IMG/VR virus record: IMGVR_UViG_2823732373_000001
Span: 1-64,000 of that record
Origin: a virus
Lineage: Duplodnaviria; Caudoviricetes
Reading direction: 5' to 3' (one strand)
DNA length: 64,000 nucleotides
The notes below the pieces were generated by a model. It was not told the origin of the DNA and did not search any database. It worked only from the letters and a program-made list of their open reading frames with translations. Shown here piece after piece: positions 39,256 to 48,780 of this stretch. Both the position numbers and the translations under genes were made by a program. Position 1 is the first letter of the stretch. Each line of letters starts with the position of its first letter.

Positions 39256-39867
39256 ATGAAATCCACACCGCAAACCGATACCAGCGTTGAGCAGCCCTCC
39301 ACCGAAATGCCCCTCCGGGCCAAGATTCGACGCTTCTTTCTGAGCGATTTCGACGCGGACAAAGTGCTCGGCGTCTATGTTCGTCTGTCGTTGCTTCTCA
39401 TCCCGCTCGCCATCTTGGGGTATTTCATTTTCTCGAACTACCTCTACCGTCGCTTCCAGTCAGCGGTCCGAAGGGGTGATGTGGATATGGCGGCCTGGGG
39501 CCAGCTTGGGGACTTTCTTGGCGGCCTCCTCAACCCTTCGCTCGCGTTCATAACCATCATTGGCCTATTTGTGACCATCAGCGTTCAGATGTGGACCTTG
39601 AGACTGAGCATTCAGGCAAACAGAAAGGCGGACGAGCTGTCGAGGCTCCAGACCGAGCACTCGTACTACGCAGCGCGCCTGAATGCGCTTACGACCATGA
39701 TCCAGGCGGCGAAACATGAGATTGAGACCATGAAACAACTCGGGTGGAGCGCCAACACGACCAAGATTAATGAGGTCGAGGGGAAGATCTCGAAATGGAA
39801 TCGTCAGCTTGAGGAAACTTCCGCCAAACTCGAGGAAGCCGCCCCCTCAAATGCGCCGTTGAAATGA
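39256..39867 (+). CDS. Membrane protein with WGQxGDF motif and coiled coil
   Basis: Two TM helices; WGQLGDFLGGLLNP. Confidence 0.75.
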   Translation: MKSTPQTDTSVEQPSTEMPLRAKIRRFFLSDFDADKVLGVYVRLSLLLIPLAILGYFIFSNYLYRRFQSAVRRGDVDMAAWGQLGDFLGGLLNPSLAFITIIGLFVTISVQMWTLRLSIQANRKADELSRLQTEHSYYAARLNALTTMIQAAKHEIETMKQLGWSANTTKINEVEGKISKWNRQLEETSAKLEEAAPSNAPLK

Positions 39868-40035
39868 AGAACCCCCTGCACATCTCAAGTAACTCTTGCG
39901 GAGGAGCCTCGCCGGCGGCAGCGTGCAGGGTTCGGGCATTGTGGCTACTCGAAGCATGAGATCCCCTAGCCCTCGGCGACAACGATGACCCCGCCTATAT
40001 TCTCTCTGCCGCGAAGTGCGGCGAGGAGAAGGAAG

Positions 40036-40668
40036 ATGGCGAAAAAGGAACAACCTCAGATCATCTATCGGGTGACGATCGGCAAGCCCACTGGCTATGA
40101 ACCAGTGGCGCTCATTGGGCTGGCACTAGGTGTGCTCGTCATGGGAGCCCACTATTTGGTGGGTAGATTTCGGACCGCGCTGCGTGACGGCAACGTAGAC
40201 ATGTCCGTTTGGGGCCAATTTGGAGATTTCATCGGCGGGCTAATGAATCCAGCCATAGGATTCTTAACCATTGCAGGTCTTTTGGTGACGATTCACATCC
40301 AGCTTCGAACGCTTCAAGCGAGCAGAATTGAGGCCGCAGAAGCCGCAAAATCGGCTGCGGACCAAGCGCTTATGAACTTCTTGACGACGAAGTTGGCAGC
40401 CCTTGGAACGATGATCTCGACGATCGACTCTCAATTGCCGCCTGCGGCAACATTAAGCCAAATGAGGCTCCAGATGGGGGTGAGCGAAGAATTGGAGCGA
40501 CTCGTCGATCGCCGCGAGGAGCTTCAGAGTGAGCTCGAGGGCATCTACGCGAAAATTCGGGCATTCGAATCGTCAGATCCGCGGTTCCCTGCGGCCCCGC
40601 CCTTATCTGAGACGATCAATGAGCTGTATCGCGCACAGGAGGCTGCCCAAAGGTCGGCCAAAGACTAG
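40036..40668 (+). CDS. Membrane protein, paralogue of 39256..39867
   Basis: WGQFGDFIGGLMNP; purine-rich RBS. Confidence 0.75.
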   Translation: MAKKEQPQIIYRVTIGKPTGYEPVALIGLALGVLVMGAHYLVGRFRTALRDGNVDMSVWGQFGDFIGGLMNPAIGFLTIAGLLVTIHIQLRTLQASRIEAAEAAKSAADQALMNFLTTKLAALGTMISTIDSQLPPAATLSQMRLQMGVSEELERLVDRREELQSELEGIYAKIRAFESSDPRFPAAPPLSETINELYRAQEAAQRSAKD

Positions 40669-40726
40669 ACCGCCGTTTTCGAGGATTGGAAGCTCCTCCA
40701 CTGACTGGAGGCTAGCTTGCAGGCGG

Positions 40727-41638
40727 CTACAGGATGTGGGTCCCAGCCGCCTTGAGCACTTCGTACTCGATCTGTGCTTGCACGAGGCAATGTCGAAATC
40801 TCGCTAGGTTGTCTGGCACTTCGTTCACGGCAAAGTACAGATCAAACATCTCTCTGACCACCTGAGCGTGGAGGGTCCTAAAGATACTGAGCAACTCCGT
40901 TCGCTGAGGTGGCACCACCCCGTCATTGCGAAGCCGAATCACAGTCTCGTTAACTCGCGCATCAACCGCCTCGGGGGTACATTGGTTCTGGAAATAGCCT
41001 TGCACTGCTCGGCTAAACCACCATTCGGCCGGCATGCAAAACCATCGGCCTTCCAGCAACTTCCTCTGGTTGAGGGCGCGAATGGCGGGCCCCAGATCGG
41101 CTTCTTGAAGAAACTCCCTGTAAAAATCTTTAAGTCCTTCTCGAAGCTCATAGGGCACTGCTTGGGAGGTTGGGGACACCAGCAGGTAGCACGGTGAGGG
41201 TCCTGCTGGGTAGAGCTGACGCACAAACTCTGCGCCGTAGCAGGCAGAAAAGACGGCCATCAAATTGAACTCTGAAGCGATGTTCAATCGCCTCAGTCCT
41301 TCCCCGAGGTCGTCCCAACTCAACTCGCTGCCGTTCGCAAACTCCAGGCCATATGCGGGGTCTCCGTGGCACTCGACCTGGAGAATCGGCCTTGCTCCAG
41401 TTCTTATTTCATGTTCGATAGCGGTGAGGAGCTTTAGAAATTCCGGCTTACTTTCGCATTCGATATAACGAATAGGCGCGGATCGGCCCGTACGCTTGGT
41501 TTCTTCCCGCAGAAAGGCGGCGATATCAGCCCCCGTCTGGCTTTCGTGAGACTCAAGAGATTGGACAATGACAATCTGGTTGAATCTGAAACCGGCCAGT
41601 TCCGTCGCCCCCTCCAAACTCTGGGCATCCACAGCCAT
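40727..41638 (-). CDS. Caspase/CHAT-fold-like cysteine protease
   Basis: ILQVECHG and AVFSACYG: His-Gly and Ala-Cys each after a hydrophobic strand. Confidence 0.6.
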   Translation of the reverse strand: MAVDAQSLEGATELAGFRFNQIVIVQSLESHESQTGADIAAFLREETKRTGRSAPIRYIECESKPEFLKLLTAIEHEIRTGARPILQVECHGDPAYGLEFANGSELSWDDLGEGLRRLNIASEFNLMAVFSACYGAEFVRQLYPAGPSPCYLLVSPTSQAVPYELREGLKDFYREFLQEADLGPAIRALNQRKLLEGRWFCMPAEWWFSRAVQGYFQNQCTPEAVDARVNETVIRLRNDGVVPPQRTELLSIFRTLHAQVVREMFDLYFAVNEVPDNLARFRHCLVQAQIEYEVLKAAGTHIL

Positions 41639-41676
41639 AGGCGTGGACACTCGATCAGGTTGCTTCACTGTGCCCC

Positions 41677-42132
41677 TCACACCCTTCCCAACTGAAGCAG
41701 TGAAGGAATCGCGTCCTTCAGGCCAGCAACCATGACTATCAGAAAGATCACGACATATCCAGCGACTGTGATAACACGCCCCCCTCGCCCCTTGAGCAGA
41801 AGTAGCCCAAGAAGAGTCCAAAGTGAGAGAGCAAACGTATACCCAGAGTAGACAAACACTGCGTACACGCTCTTCTGGTTGTCCATCGGCAATTTCAGCG
41901 AAGACACGAAGAAATTGTCGATGGCGCACTGCATTTGAAATGTTTGGCAGCTGTAGTGTGCATTGGCAGCCACGAACGTCAGAGCGAAGATTGGCATCAC
42001 AAGAAGCATCGAGATGCCCGCCCCATGCATCACCTCATTCCTGTTGGTTTCGGTGATACCCAATAGGATTGCTACGACCGCACCAAGAAGAATGATGATG
42101 AAGTTGACCTGATCAAACGACGCGTCGTACAT
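41677..42132 (-). CDS. Four-TM membrane protein downstream of repressor
   Basis: Four hydrophobic segments; starts 3 bp after the repressor stop. Confidence 0.75.
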   Translation of the reverse strand: MYDASFDQVNFIIILLGAVVAILLGITETNRNEVMHGAGISMLLVMPIFALTFVAANAHYSCQTFQMQCAIDNFFVSSLKLPMDNQKSVYAVFVYSGYTFALSLWTLLGLLLLKGRGGRVITVAGYVVIFLIVMVAGLKDAIPSLLQLGRV

Positions 42133-42135
42133 GGG

Positions 42136-42972
42136 TCAGTCCACCCACATGCCAATGACGGTCCCAAGCACCTTAAACTCCTCGCGGATGGGTTCGTGCT
42201 GTGGGTTCAGAGGCATCAGCCACTGCCGGCCATCCTCGTTCTTATAGATCTTGAACGTGACCTCGTCGCTGCCCTCCAGCTTCGCGATGATGCGATCGCC
42301 ATTGACCGGTCCACGCTTCTCTGGATCCACGTATATGAGACTCCCTTCCGGATAGCTTCGCTTGGCGCCGCCCGGTGCGGTCATGCTGTCACCGCGCACG
42401 CGAAGCACATAGGAGCTTGCGCTCATCGGTTTCGGGCTTGCGTACCAGCCCTCTGCATCCCCAGGCTCCAGATAGTCGTGGGCCGCATCCCACTTACCAG
42501 CTCTCACCCAAGAAATTAGTGGGAGAAGGCCCTTTGTTTCTGGGCCGGCTGAGACGTTCGAATGCGCCCCTTCCGCAAGCGGTGGAGTTCCCGGAAGCAC
42601 CGCCGTGGGGCCGGTACGCCTACGGACCATCGAGGGGTAGGCCTTTCTCACGTGATAGCTGACCGTGGCTTCAGCCATCCCAAATTGCATCGCGACGTCC
42701 GTGAGACTTAGCCCGTCACGAATTACCGCCATCACGTGAGGCGCTGTACGCAACTGTTCAGGGTCCAGTCTCGGTCGCTGCTCAATTTTTCCAGCCGCAA
42801 CAGCGTCCCGATAACGTGGATCCTTGTGAATGAGCCGTCGCAGTTGCGTCGGATCCACCTTCGGCGCGCCTATTCGCTCAGCCTCCTCCGAAGCTGCCCG
42901 TGCTTGGCTACTCACGGTCTCACCATTCAAGATGACCGCGTTAATATAAGGAGTCATGTCCAATGTGCGCAT
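42136..42972 (-). CDS. CI/LexA-like repressor with S24 autocleavage domain
   Basis: PLISWVRAG, LRVRGDSM, TFK; HTH LTDVAMQFGMAEATVSYHV; start may be 42957. Confidence 0.9.
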   Translation of the reverse strand: MRTLDMTPYINAVILNGETVSSQARAASEEAERIGAPKVDPTQLRRLIHKDPRYRDAVAAGKIEQRPRLDPEQLRTAPHVMAVIRDGLSLTDVAMQFGMAEATVSYHVRKAYPSMVRRRTGPTAVLPGTPPLAEGAHSNVSAGPETKGLLPLISWVRAGKWDAAHDYLEPGDAEGWYASPKPMSASSYVLRVRGDSMTAPGGAKRSYPEGSLIYVDPEKRGPVNGDRIIAKLEGSDEVTFKIYKNEDGRQWLMPLNPQHEPIREEFKVLGTVIGMWVD

Positions 42973-43154
42973 GCGCGCCATCATACACGAATTAGACACA
43001 ACAAAGACAAAGTTTGTGGATTTTTTCGCGGTTTGGACAGCCTCTGGAGCCTGACATCGCATGCAGTAGCACAAAAATCGGTACCCGTCAACAATAAGGA
43101 CGAGATCCACCAAATAAAACAGTCGGCGGAGAGCGTCTTTTTTATTTGTCTTAC

Positions 43155-43183
43155 TTGCTAAGCATGTCTTTTCCGTGCATAAT
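43155..43183 (+). promoter_or_regulatory. Sigma70-type early promoter
   Basis: TTGCTA-17bp-CATAAT in AT-rich region divergent from repressor. Confidence 0.6.
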
Positions 43184-43387
43184 CTAGGCATGGGTTCAGT
43201 GATCGCACCGCCCTAGCCCTAGTGGCTCTGCTCTTCCTTCAGGCTATGCGGACAACACCGTCCGCATGCGCTCTCCCCTTGTCCAAGCCATTGTCATGGC
43301 CCAAGGGCGGAGCTTTGCCTAGAGCGTTTTGCTCACGTACCGCAGGTACTTATCTCCAAGATAAGTAAGCAGCAAAGGAAAAGAGAA

Positions 43388-44263
43388 ATGACCAAAGCAA
43401 TTGTCGCAGCGCCGGCGCAAAAGGCGATCAGCGCGACCCGCGCAGAACTCGAAAGCGCCACCCTTGCCACCATCGCAGCCGCCTGCGGCGCAGCTGGTGC
43501 CAATCTCTCCGCCTTGAGCGGTGCAGCCAAGGCCTTGTCGGGGAGCGTCACCAAAGCAGTCCTGCGCGTCATCGCAAAGGAACGCATCGGCGACGTCATC
43601 GCCCCCCTTCGCGAAGCCATCGGCAACGCTGGCAAGGGTGTTAGCAACCTCTCCACCATCCGCACGGCCGTGCTCAAGATGCACGTTGCCTATGGTGACG
43701 GCATGGCCCCTGCCGCAGGCGGCGACAGTGCGACGGGCGACGTGAGCGACAAGGCACCCGAAGGCGCGCCGGTCGGCGCCAGCGAAAAGACCGGCCCCGC
43801 CCTCCCCGTGTGGGAGACCGTGAGCGAAGCCAAGGAAAGCGGCGATGCTGCAGTGACTGCGGCCGTGAGCGCCTGCATTTCTTACGCCGGCAAAACGGAT
43901 GCGGGCATCCCGATTGACCCGCGCATCGACACGACGGCGCGCGATGCACTCATGGCGCGCATCAATGCGGCGTGCGCTGCATTTGGCCTGTCTGAAGACA
44001 GCGCGGGCAAGGTTCGCGGCCTGTACTTCAGCGCACTGCAAACCATCGTCGCCGATGCAGAACTGGCGAGCGAGACGGCCGCCGCCAACGCTGAACAGGC
44101 ACAGCAGCAGGCCGACGATGCCGCGATCGTGGCCGACGCTCACGCTCAATTGCTGGCCGAAGTCGAAACCCTGCGCCAGATCGCGGCCGAAGCGAAGCGC
44201 ATTTTCGGAATCAAAACCGACGTCGATCTGCTGACGGAAATGAAGATCACGGACGCGGCTTGA
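43388..44263 (+). CDS. First early gene, Ala-rich hypothetical
   Basis: Purine-rich RBS, 291 aa, hairpin 44282-44306 downstream. Confidence 0.8.
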   Translation: MTKAIVAAPAQKAISATRAELESATLATIAAACGAAGANLSALSGAAKALSGSVTKAVLRVIAKERIGDVIAPLREAIGNAGKGVSNLSTIRTAVLKMHVAYGDGMAPAAGGDSATGDVSDKAPEGAPVGASEKTGPALPVWETVSEAKESGDAAVTAAVSACISYAGKTDAGIPIDPRIDTTARDALMARINAACAAFGLSEDSAGKVRGLYFSALQTIVADAELASETAAANAEQAQQQADDAAIVADAHAQLLAEVETLRQIAAEAKRIFGIKTDVDLLTEMKITDAA

Positions 44264-44375
44264 ACGCCCGCGACGACGACACCGACAAGGCCGAAACCCT
44301 TGTCGGGGTTGCCGCCTGCGCTCGCTGAGCGCAGACGACAGCCCTTCCCTTTTGGACGCGCACGGAGACCTGCGA

Positions 44376-44917
44376 TGAAGCAACCACGCTTATTGACCGC
44401 CAACGGTAAGGCCAAGGCCGTCAGCCCCAACGGGGGACCGCGCAGCGGCTTTGAGGTGGTGGACCGGAACGGTTTCGTGCGCCTGGTCGGCAGCATGGCC
44501 ACCGCTCCGCAGAACGATGCCGGCGTCTCGGACTTATCTCCGAGGTATGAGGAACTGGTCGACGGGGTGTGGCAGTCGGCTTCGTGGGCGACGCTGAGCC
44601 AGATCCGCCACCTACGCACGGACCGGGCCCGGCGCGCCTACTTCGCTGTGCGGGTTGGCCTGCTGCGTGAGCTGCCCGGGGATGCATACGGCGTCGTTGA
44701 CGGGGAGGCATGGTGCTGTCCCCGCGGGTATGACCGCGACCTCGACCGAGAGAAGTTTCTCGCCAAGGCGTTGAAGGTGGGATTGCTCTCGCTGCGCGGG
44801 CGCACCTACAAGGTCCGGGAAATCCGACCCGACACGATTCAGCTGACCCGCGCCTCGGGCAGCGTCAACTACACCCGTGAGGCGCTGCTGGAGAGCATCG
44901 CCAGCGGCACTGTCTAG
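44376..44917 (+). CDS. Hypothetical phage protein
   Basis: GGAG before ATG (MKQPR). Confidence 0.6.
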
Positions 44918-44938
44918 AACCACAACAAGGACATTGAC

Positions 44939-45223
44939 TTGGACGACAACTACGACTCGCGCCCCGTCAACGTCATCAGACTCGCGCTTGCCTGTGCGCA
45001 AGAGCGTCTGGGCATGTTTGACCCCGAGACCTGCCGCGATGATCACGACTTCTTCGTGGCCTACAACCGTGTGCAGACCTTGGAGGACGAGCTATTCACC
45101 GCCGAGGACCGCGCCCAGCGCATGGCCGAGCGTGTCGCCCAGAAATGGATGCATCGCTATGGCCCCCGACAACGTCGAGGCGGATTGGCGCTGATTCAGG
45201 AATTGATTCACGACTGGAACTGA
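44939..45223 (+). CDS. Hypothetical phage protein
   Basis: AAGGA RBS + TTG. Confidence 0.6.
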   Translation: MDDNYDSRPVNVIRLALACAQERLGMFDPETCRDDHDFFVAYNRVQTLEDELFTAEDRAQRMAERVAQKWMHRYGPRQRRGGLALIQELIHDWN

Positions 45224-45340
45224 GTCGTTGACGGTGATGTGAGCCGGCGGCACGCCCGGCGAGAGCGGCGCGCAGCGCCGCGGCCCTTGTCCTTGACGGG
45301 GCGATAACGCAGGCGCTGTGCGCCGACGTTGTCATTGGCA

Positions 45341-45365
45341 CTTGCCGCTTGCCGCTTGCCGCTTG
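45341..45365 (+). repeat. Short tandem repeat (CTTGCCG)x3.5
   Basis: cttgccg cttgccg cttgccg cttg. Confidence 0.8.
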
Positions 45366-45475
45366 ATGCCGACGTTGTCGGGGAACGAGCCCGCGCAGCG
45401 GGCGAGGGCCCTGGGCGAAAACCAATCCGAATTGCTTTTTGTTAGTGCCCATCAACTGGGCGCGGGGGAGAAGCC

Positions 45476-45730
45476 GTGTCCACAAAAACTGATCTACAGC
45501 GGCGCGTGAGCCAGCTCGAGGCAAAGGCGCGCGCCGACGCGCGACTCATCGAGTCGATGCGCACCGAGAACTACGACCTCCGCTGGCAGCTTGGACTGAC
45601 CGGCCAAGCGCAGGACGACCCCAACAAACCCTTCGAGCCCAACGGGCTGATGGGAGTGCCTGGCTACGTGCAGGACCTGAAGGTCCGCCTGAAGGCCGAA
45701 CTGAAATCCAAAGGAAGACGATATGCGTGA
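45476..45730 (+). CDS. Hypothetical phage protein
   Basis: GGAG + GTG; coiled coil. Confidence 0.65.
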   Translation: MSTKTDLQRRVSQLEAKARADARLIESMRTENYDLRWQLGLTGQAQDDPNKPFEPNGLMGVPGYVQDLKVRLKAELKSKGRRYA

Positions 45731-45998
45731 AATGCGTGACCGCGCGGCAGTCCTGTACGTGACCGTCGGCCCGTCGCCTCTGGGCATCCCCGTCAACGTC
45801 GGGGCCGGCGTGCCCCACTACGTCCCGACAACGCCAAAGGCATTGGCCCGGCGCCCGGCCGGCAAGCCAATCAGCCAGCTGTCGTCCATCGACCGCTTCC
45901 GCGAGGTCTTCCGCCCTGCCCCGGCGCGCCAGGCACCGACAACGTCGATGGGTCGGGCCTTGCGCTCGATCGAGAACTGGGTCGCCGACTGGCTTTGA
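45723..45998 (+). CDS. Hypothetical phage protein
   Basis: AAGGA RBS; overlaps previous gene. Confidence 0.55.
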   Translation: MREMRDRAAVLYVTVGPSPLGIPVNVGAGVPHYVPTTPKALARRPAGKPISQLSSIDRFREVFRPAPARQAPTTSMGRALRSIENWVADWL

Positions 45999-46369
45999 AT
46001 TTCGTCCGGGTTTAAAAGCCCCGACAAGGTCGAAAACGCCGGTTCAAGTGGCACTCAAGGTGTGCTGGTCGGCCAGGGGTGAGCAAGCCCTACCTTGTTG
46101 ATTTCAAAAGACATTCACTGAGATTAAAGAGAAAAAAAGAAAATCTATAAGTGCCGCGGGGTCGGGGTGCTCTCAAGAAAAACTTCAACTTCTCAGCCCC
46201 TCACACCCTTCATCGGTACCCCTCGCAGAACTGCACCCCAAGTGCCACTTTTTAGGCTCTTCCAGCCCAATAAATTCTCTGCACGGACAGGGACTTAGAT
46301 CCGGAATCGAACTCTGCGCAAACAGGTTTCAAGTGCCAATCGCCTCGCGCCTCTGGACTGACCTCGATC

Positions 46370-46774
46370 ATGAGCACCGCCCCGAACAAGAATCACCAAT
46401 GGGTCGCAGCCTTCGGGTATCCCCGGCGACTCGTCCTGCTTGCGCCGGGTCAGACGGGGTTGTTCCACGTGCGCCCAGTGCATGGGGCGTCCCTTGCGCA
46501 GGCCCGAAACACCCTTGGCGGCGTCTGCAAGGCTTGGGTGGCCCACAACACCGACTGGCACAAAGACTTCGGGCGCGGCGCAGTGCCGGCTGACTGCCTC
46601 ATCCACCGACCACACCCCGACGGCTTGCTCGTCGGCCGGAGACCGCTCATCACGGAACCGCCGCTGGACTTCGACAGGGCTCCCGACTACGTCTGGGACT
46701 TCACGCCGCCACCGCGTCGGCTCTCGTTCGCCGAGCGTCTCGAACAGATGCGCAAAGAGCGCGGCCTGGACTAG
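46370..46774 (+). CDS. Hypothetical phage protein
   Basis: 134-aa ORF in the early direction. Confidence 0.5.
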   Translation: MSTAPNKNHQWVAAFGYPRRLVLLAPGQTGLFHVRPVHGASLAQARNTLGGVCKAWVAHNTDWHKDFGRGAVPADCLIHRPHPDGLLVGRRPLITEPPLDFDRAPDYVWDFTPPPRRLSFAERLEQMRKERGLD

Positions 46775-47155
46775 CTCCGGCCCACAAACAGAACTGCTGT
46801 CACGCAGCGCGCCGGGCGCCCCGACAACGACGACCGTACGGACCATGACCGCGAGCACCGGAACCAACCGGGGCCCGGCTTGAGTCGCGACCTTCGCCGT
46901 TGAGGGGATCCCGCCCGGCGCACCCGGCTGCGCATGACCTTGACCACCCCGCCCTTGCTGGCGGCCTCGTCGCCTCTGAGCGCCGACGTCGAACCCGGCG
47001 CAGAGCGATCTGCATAACAGGAGGAGCTGCCATGCACACCTTACCCGCATGACCTGCCACGACAGTTAGAGATCTATTCGCTTCGGCAGGAGTTCTCCGC
47101 CGACTGCGCGGTGGAGCGCCCAAGGGCGCAAGCGCGACGTTCGGCAAAGCCGATC

Positions 47156-47740
47156 TCAGGCAAAAACTTCGAAGAGATATTTGATAAGTGCGCCAGCGGC
47201 TGCACCAGCAACCGCTATTCCGAGCTTGCGCGGCGTCGAATTCGCCTTACTCAGCTCGTCACGCATCTCGTCGATACGCTCTGCTTGCCTGGCTGAATTA
47301 GCCGATAGCTCGGACAAAGATTTTTCAATAGAAGCATTAGAAACGCGGCTTGATCGTATTTCGTCCGCACTTAGCGGGCGAATAGATGTGCCGTACCTTG
47401 CGTAGTACCCGCCAGAGGACGTTACCAACGAGGGTGACTTTTGCACCTCCACATAGGTCACGTCAACGTTTCCGTGCTTCACCACTCCTGATTGCACGGA
47501 GATTTTCGGATGAAGCTTTTCCAGTGCGGCGGAAATTGCCTGCTCCGCCCTTTTGGAATTTACTCCAACTACTGTCGACGGCTCCTTAACTCCGATAAGG
47601 AGAATGCCGCCTTTGGTATTTGCAAACGCAGCCAAATGGCTCGCGATCACGTCTGGGTTTGGCACAGACGTCTTTAGCTCAAGAGTCGGGCTCTCGCCCG
47701 CGGCCACAAGTCGATCTATATCGATTTTCTCTAACGCCAT
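47156..47740 (-). CDS. Schlafen/AlbA_2 domain protein with coiled coil and C-terminal TM helix
   Basis: GESPTLELK, AAFANTKGG.LLIGV, YARYG; low GC; antisense. Confidence 0.88.
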   Translation of the reverse strand: MALEKIDIDRLVAAGESPTLELKTSVPNPDVIASHLAAFANTKGGILLIGVKEPSTVVGVNSKRAEQAISAALEKLHPKISVQSGVVKHGNVDVTYVEVQKSPSLVTSSGGYYARYGTSIRPLSADEIRSSRVSNASIEKSLSELSANSARQAERIDEMRDELSKANSTPRKLGIAVAGAAAGALIKYLFEVFA

Positions 47741-47828
47741 AACTTCCCCTCCAATTTTTTTTTAAAGCTTTTGGCTGAAGGAATGTAACGCAGAAATCAC
47801 ACAGCCTTCGCGATCTGAGCACGTATCA

Positions 47829-48188
47829 ATGACACTCCACCCCGACAAGATCAATCCCATCATCCTGGCCATGTTCGTCTGGCAAGGCTTCATGGAAGCC
47901 GAGCCGTGGGGCGACGAGGCTGCGGACCAGCACGGTGGCCAGATCGGCGCGGCCTGTAACCTGGCCCCCTACGTCGAGATCCTCGCCGATTCGATCAACG
48001 CGTTTCTGGCGACCGACCCCGACACCGACTTCCCGGGCGTGCTGGACTACGAGGTCACCGAACGCTTCGGCGCCTGGCTGCGCCTCAACCCAACAGCCAG
48101 TACCCGCGGCGCGCGCGCCGAGGCAGACAAGCTGGTCGAGTCGTTCTTTGCGGCTCGCAACAGTTGCGCGATCGGGGTCTCGTCGTAA
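47829..48188 (+). CDS. Hypothetical phage protein
   Basis: Phage-like codon usage; FPGVLDYEV. Confidence 0.7.
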   Translation: MTLHPDKINPIILAMFVWQGFMEAEPWGDEAADQHGGQIGAACNLAPYVEILADSINAFLATDPDTDFPGVLDYEVTERFGAWLRLNPTASTRGARAEADKLVESFFAARNSCAIGVSS

Positions 48189-48300
48189 TCGCAATGCACA
48201 TGCACCAGTTCAAGGTGTGCTTCGTACCGCGCCAACTCGTGATCGGACTCGGAAGCGTCGAGGTTTGGCGGGTTGCCGGCCTCGAGCGCCACGAGTGGGC

Positions 48301-48582
48301 CTACCCTGCCATGGGTAGTAGCGACTGAAGGCCCCGCTTCTTCCGGCTCTCGTCAATCTCTTCGATGAGAGTCTGAAGTTCGTCCAGCCGATCGCAGCGA
48401 CGTTTGATATCACCGTCTTTCGCGTGGATGACCAGAGCACCACCACGACGAATGCCCTCTGCGGCGCCTACCAGCACGCTCGCAACAGGGATGACTGATT
48501 GGCTGTTGGACATGTCATCCCACGTCTGTTCAACCACCCAGATTTTTCCGTCATCGAAATGGACCATGCTTCTGATTGACAT
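48301..48582 (-). CDS. Small antisense hypothetical protein
   Basis: Lower GC ORF MSIRSMVHFDDG…. Confidence 0.6.
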   Translation of the reverse strand: MSIRSMVHFDDGKIWVVEQTWDDMSNSQSVIPVASVLVGAAEGIRRGGALVIHAKDGDIKRRCDRLDELQTLIEEIDESRKKRGLQSLLPMAG

Positions 48583-48780
48583 TGTTTGCTCGGGCTTGAA
48601 TTGATACGTTAAAGCCGCAGCCAAGAGTGGCATCGGTCTCACGGAATTGAAGCATAGCTACAGCTGAAAAGGCCCCGAGCTAACCCCATTCGCCCGTCAC
48701 CGCCAACCGGCCCCGACAACGTCGACGGTCGCGTTGCGGCGTGGTGGTCCCCGGCAACTTCAACACACCAAGGAAACAAC

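Noticed and set aside
41639-41929. N-terminal extension of the 400-aa ORF
   Set aside because: Overlaps the TM gene in another frame; ATG at 41638 is preferred.
43347-43367. Palindrome TACTTATC-N5-GATAAGTA before the first early gene, with a partial echo near 44532
   Set aside because: Could be an operator or hairpin, but one full copy is too little to support a call.
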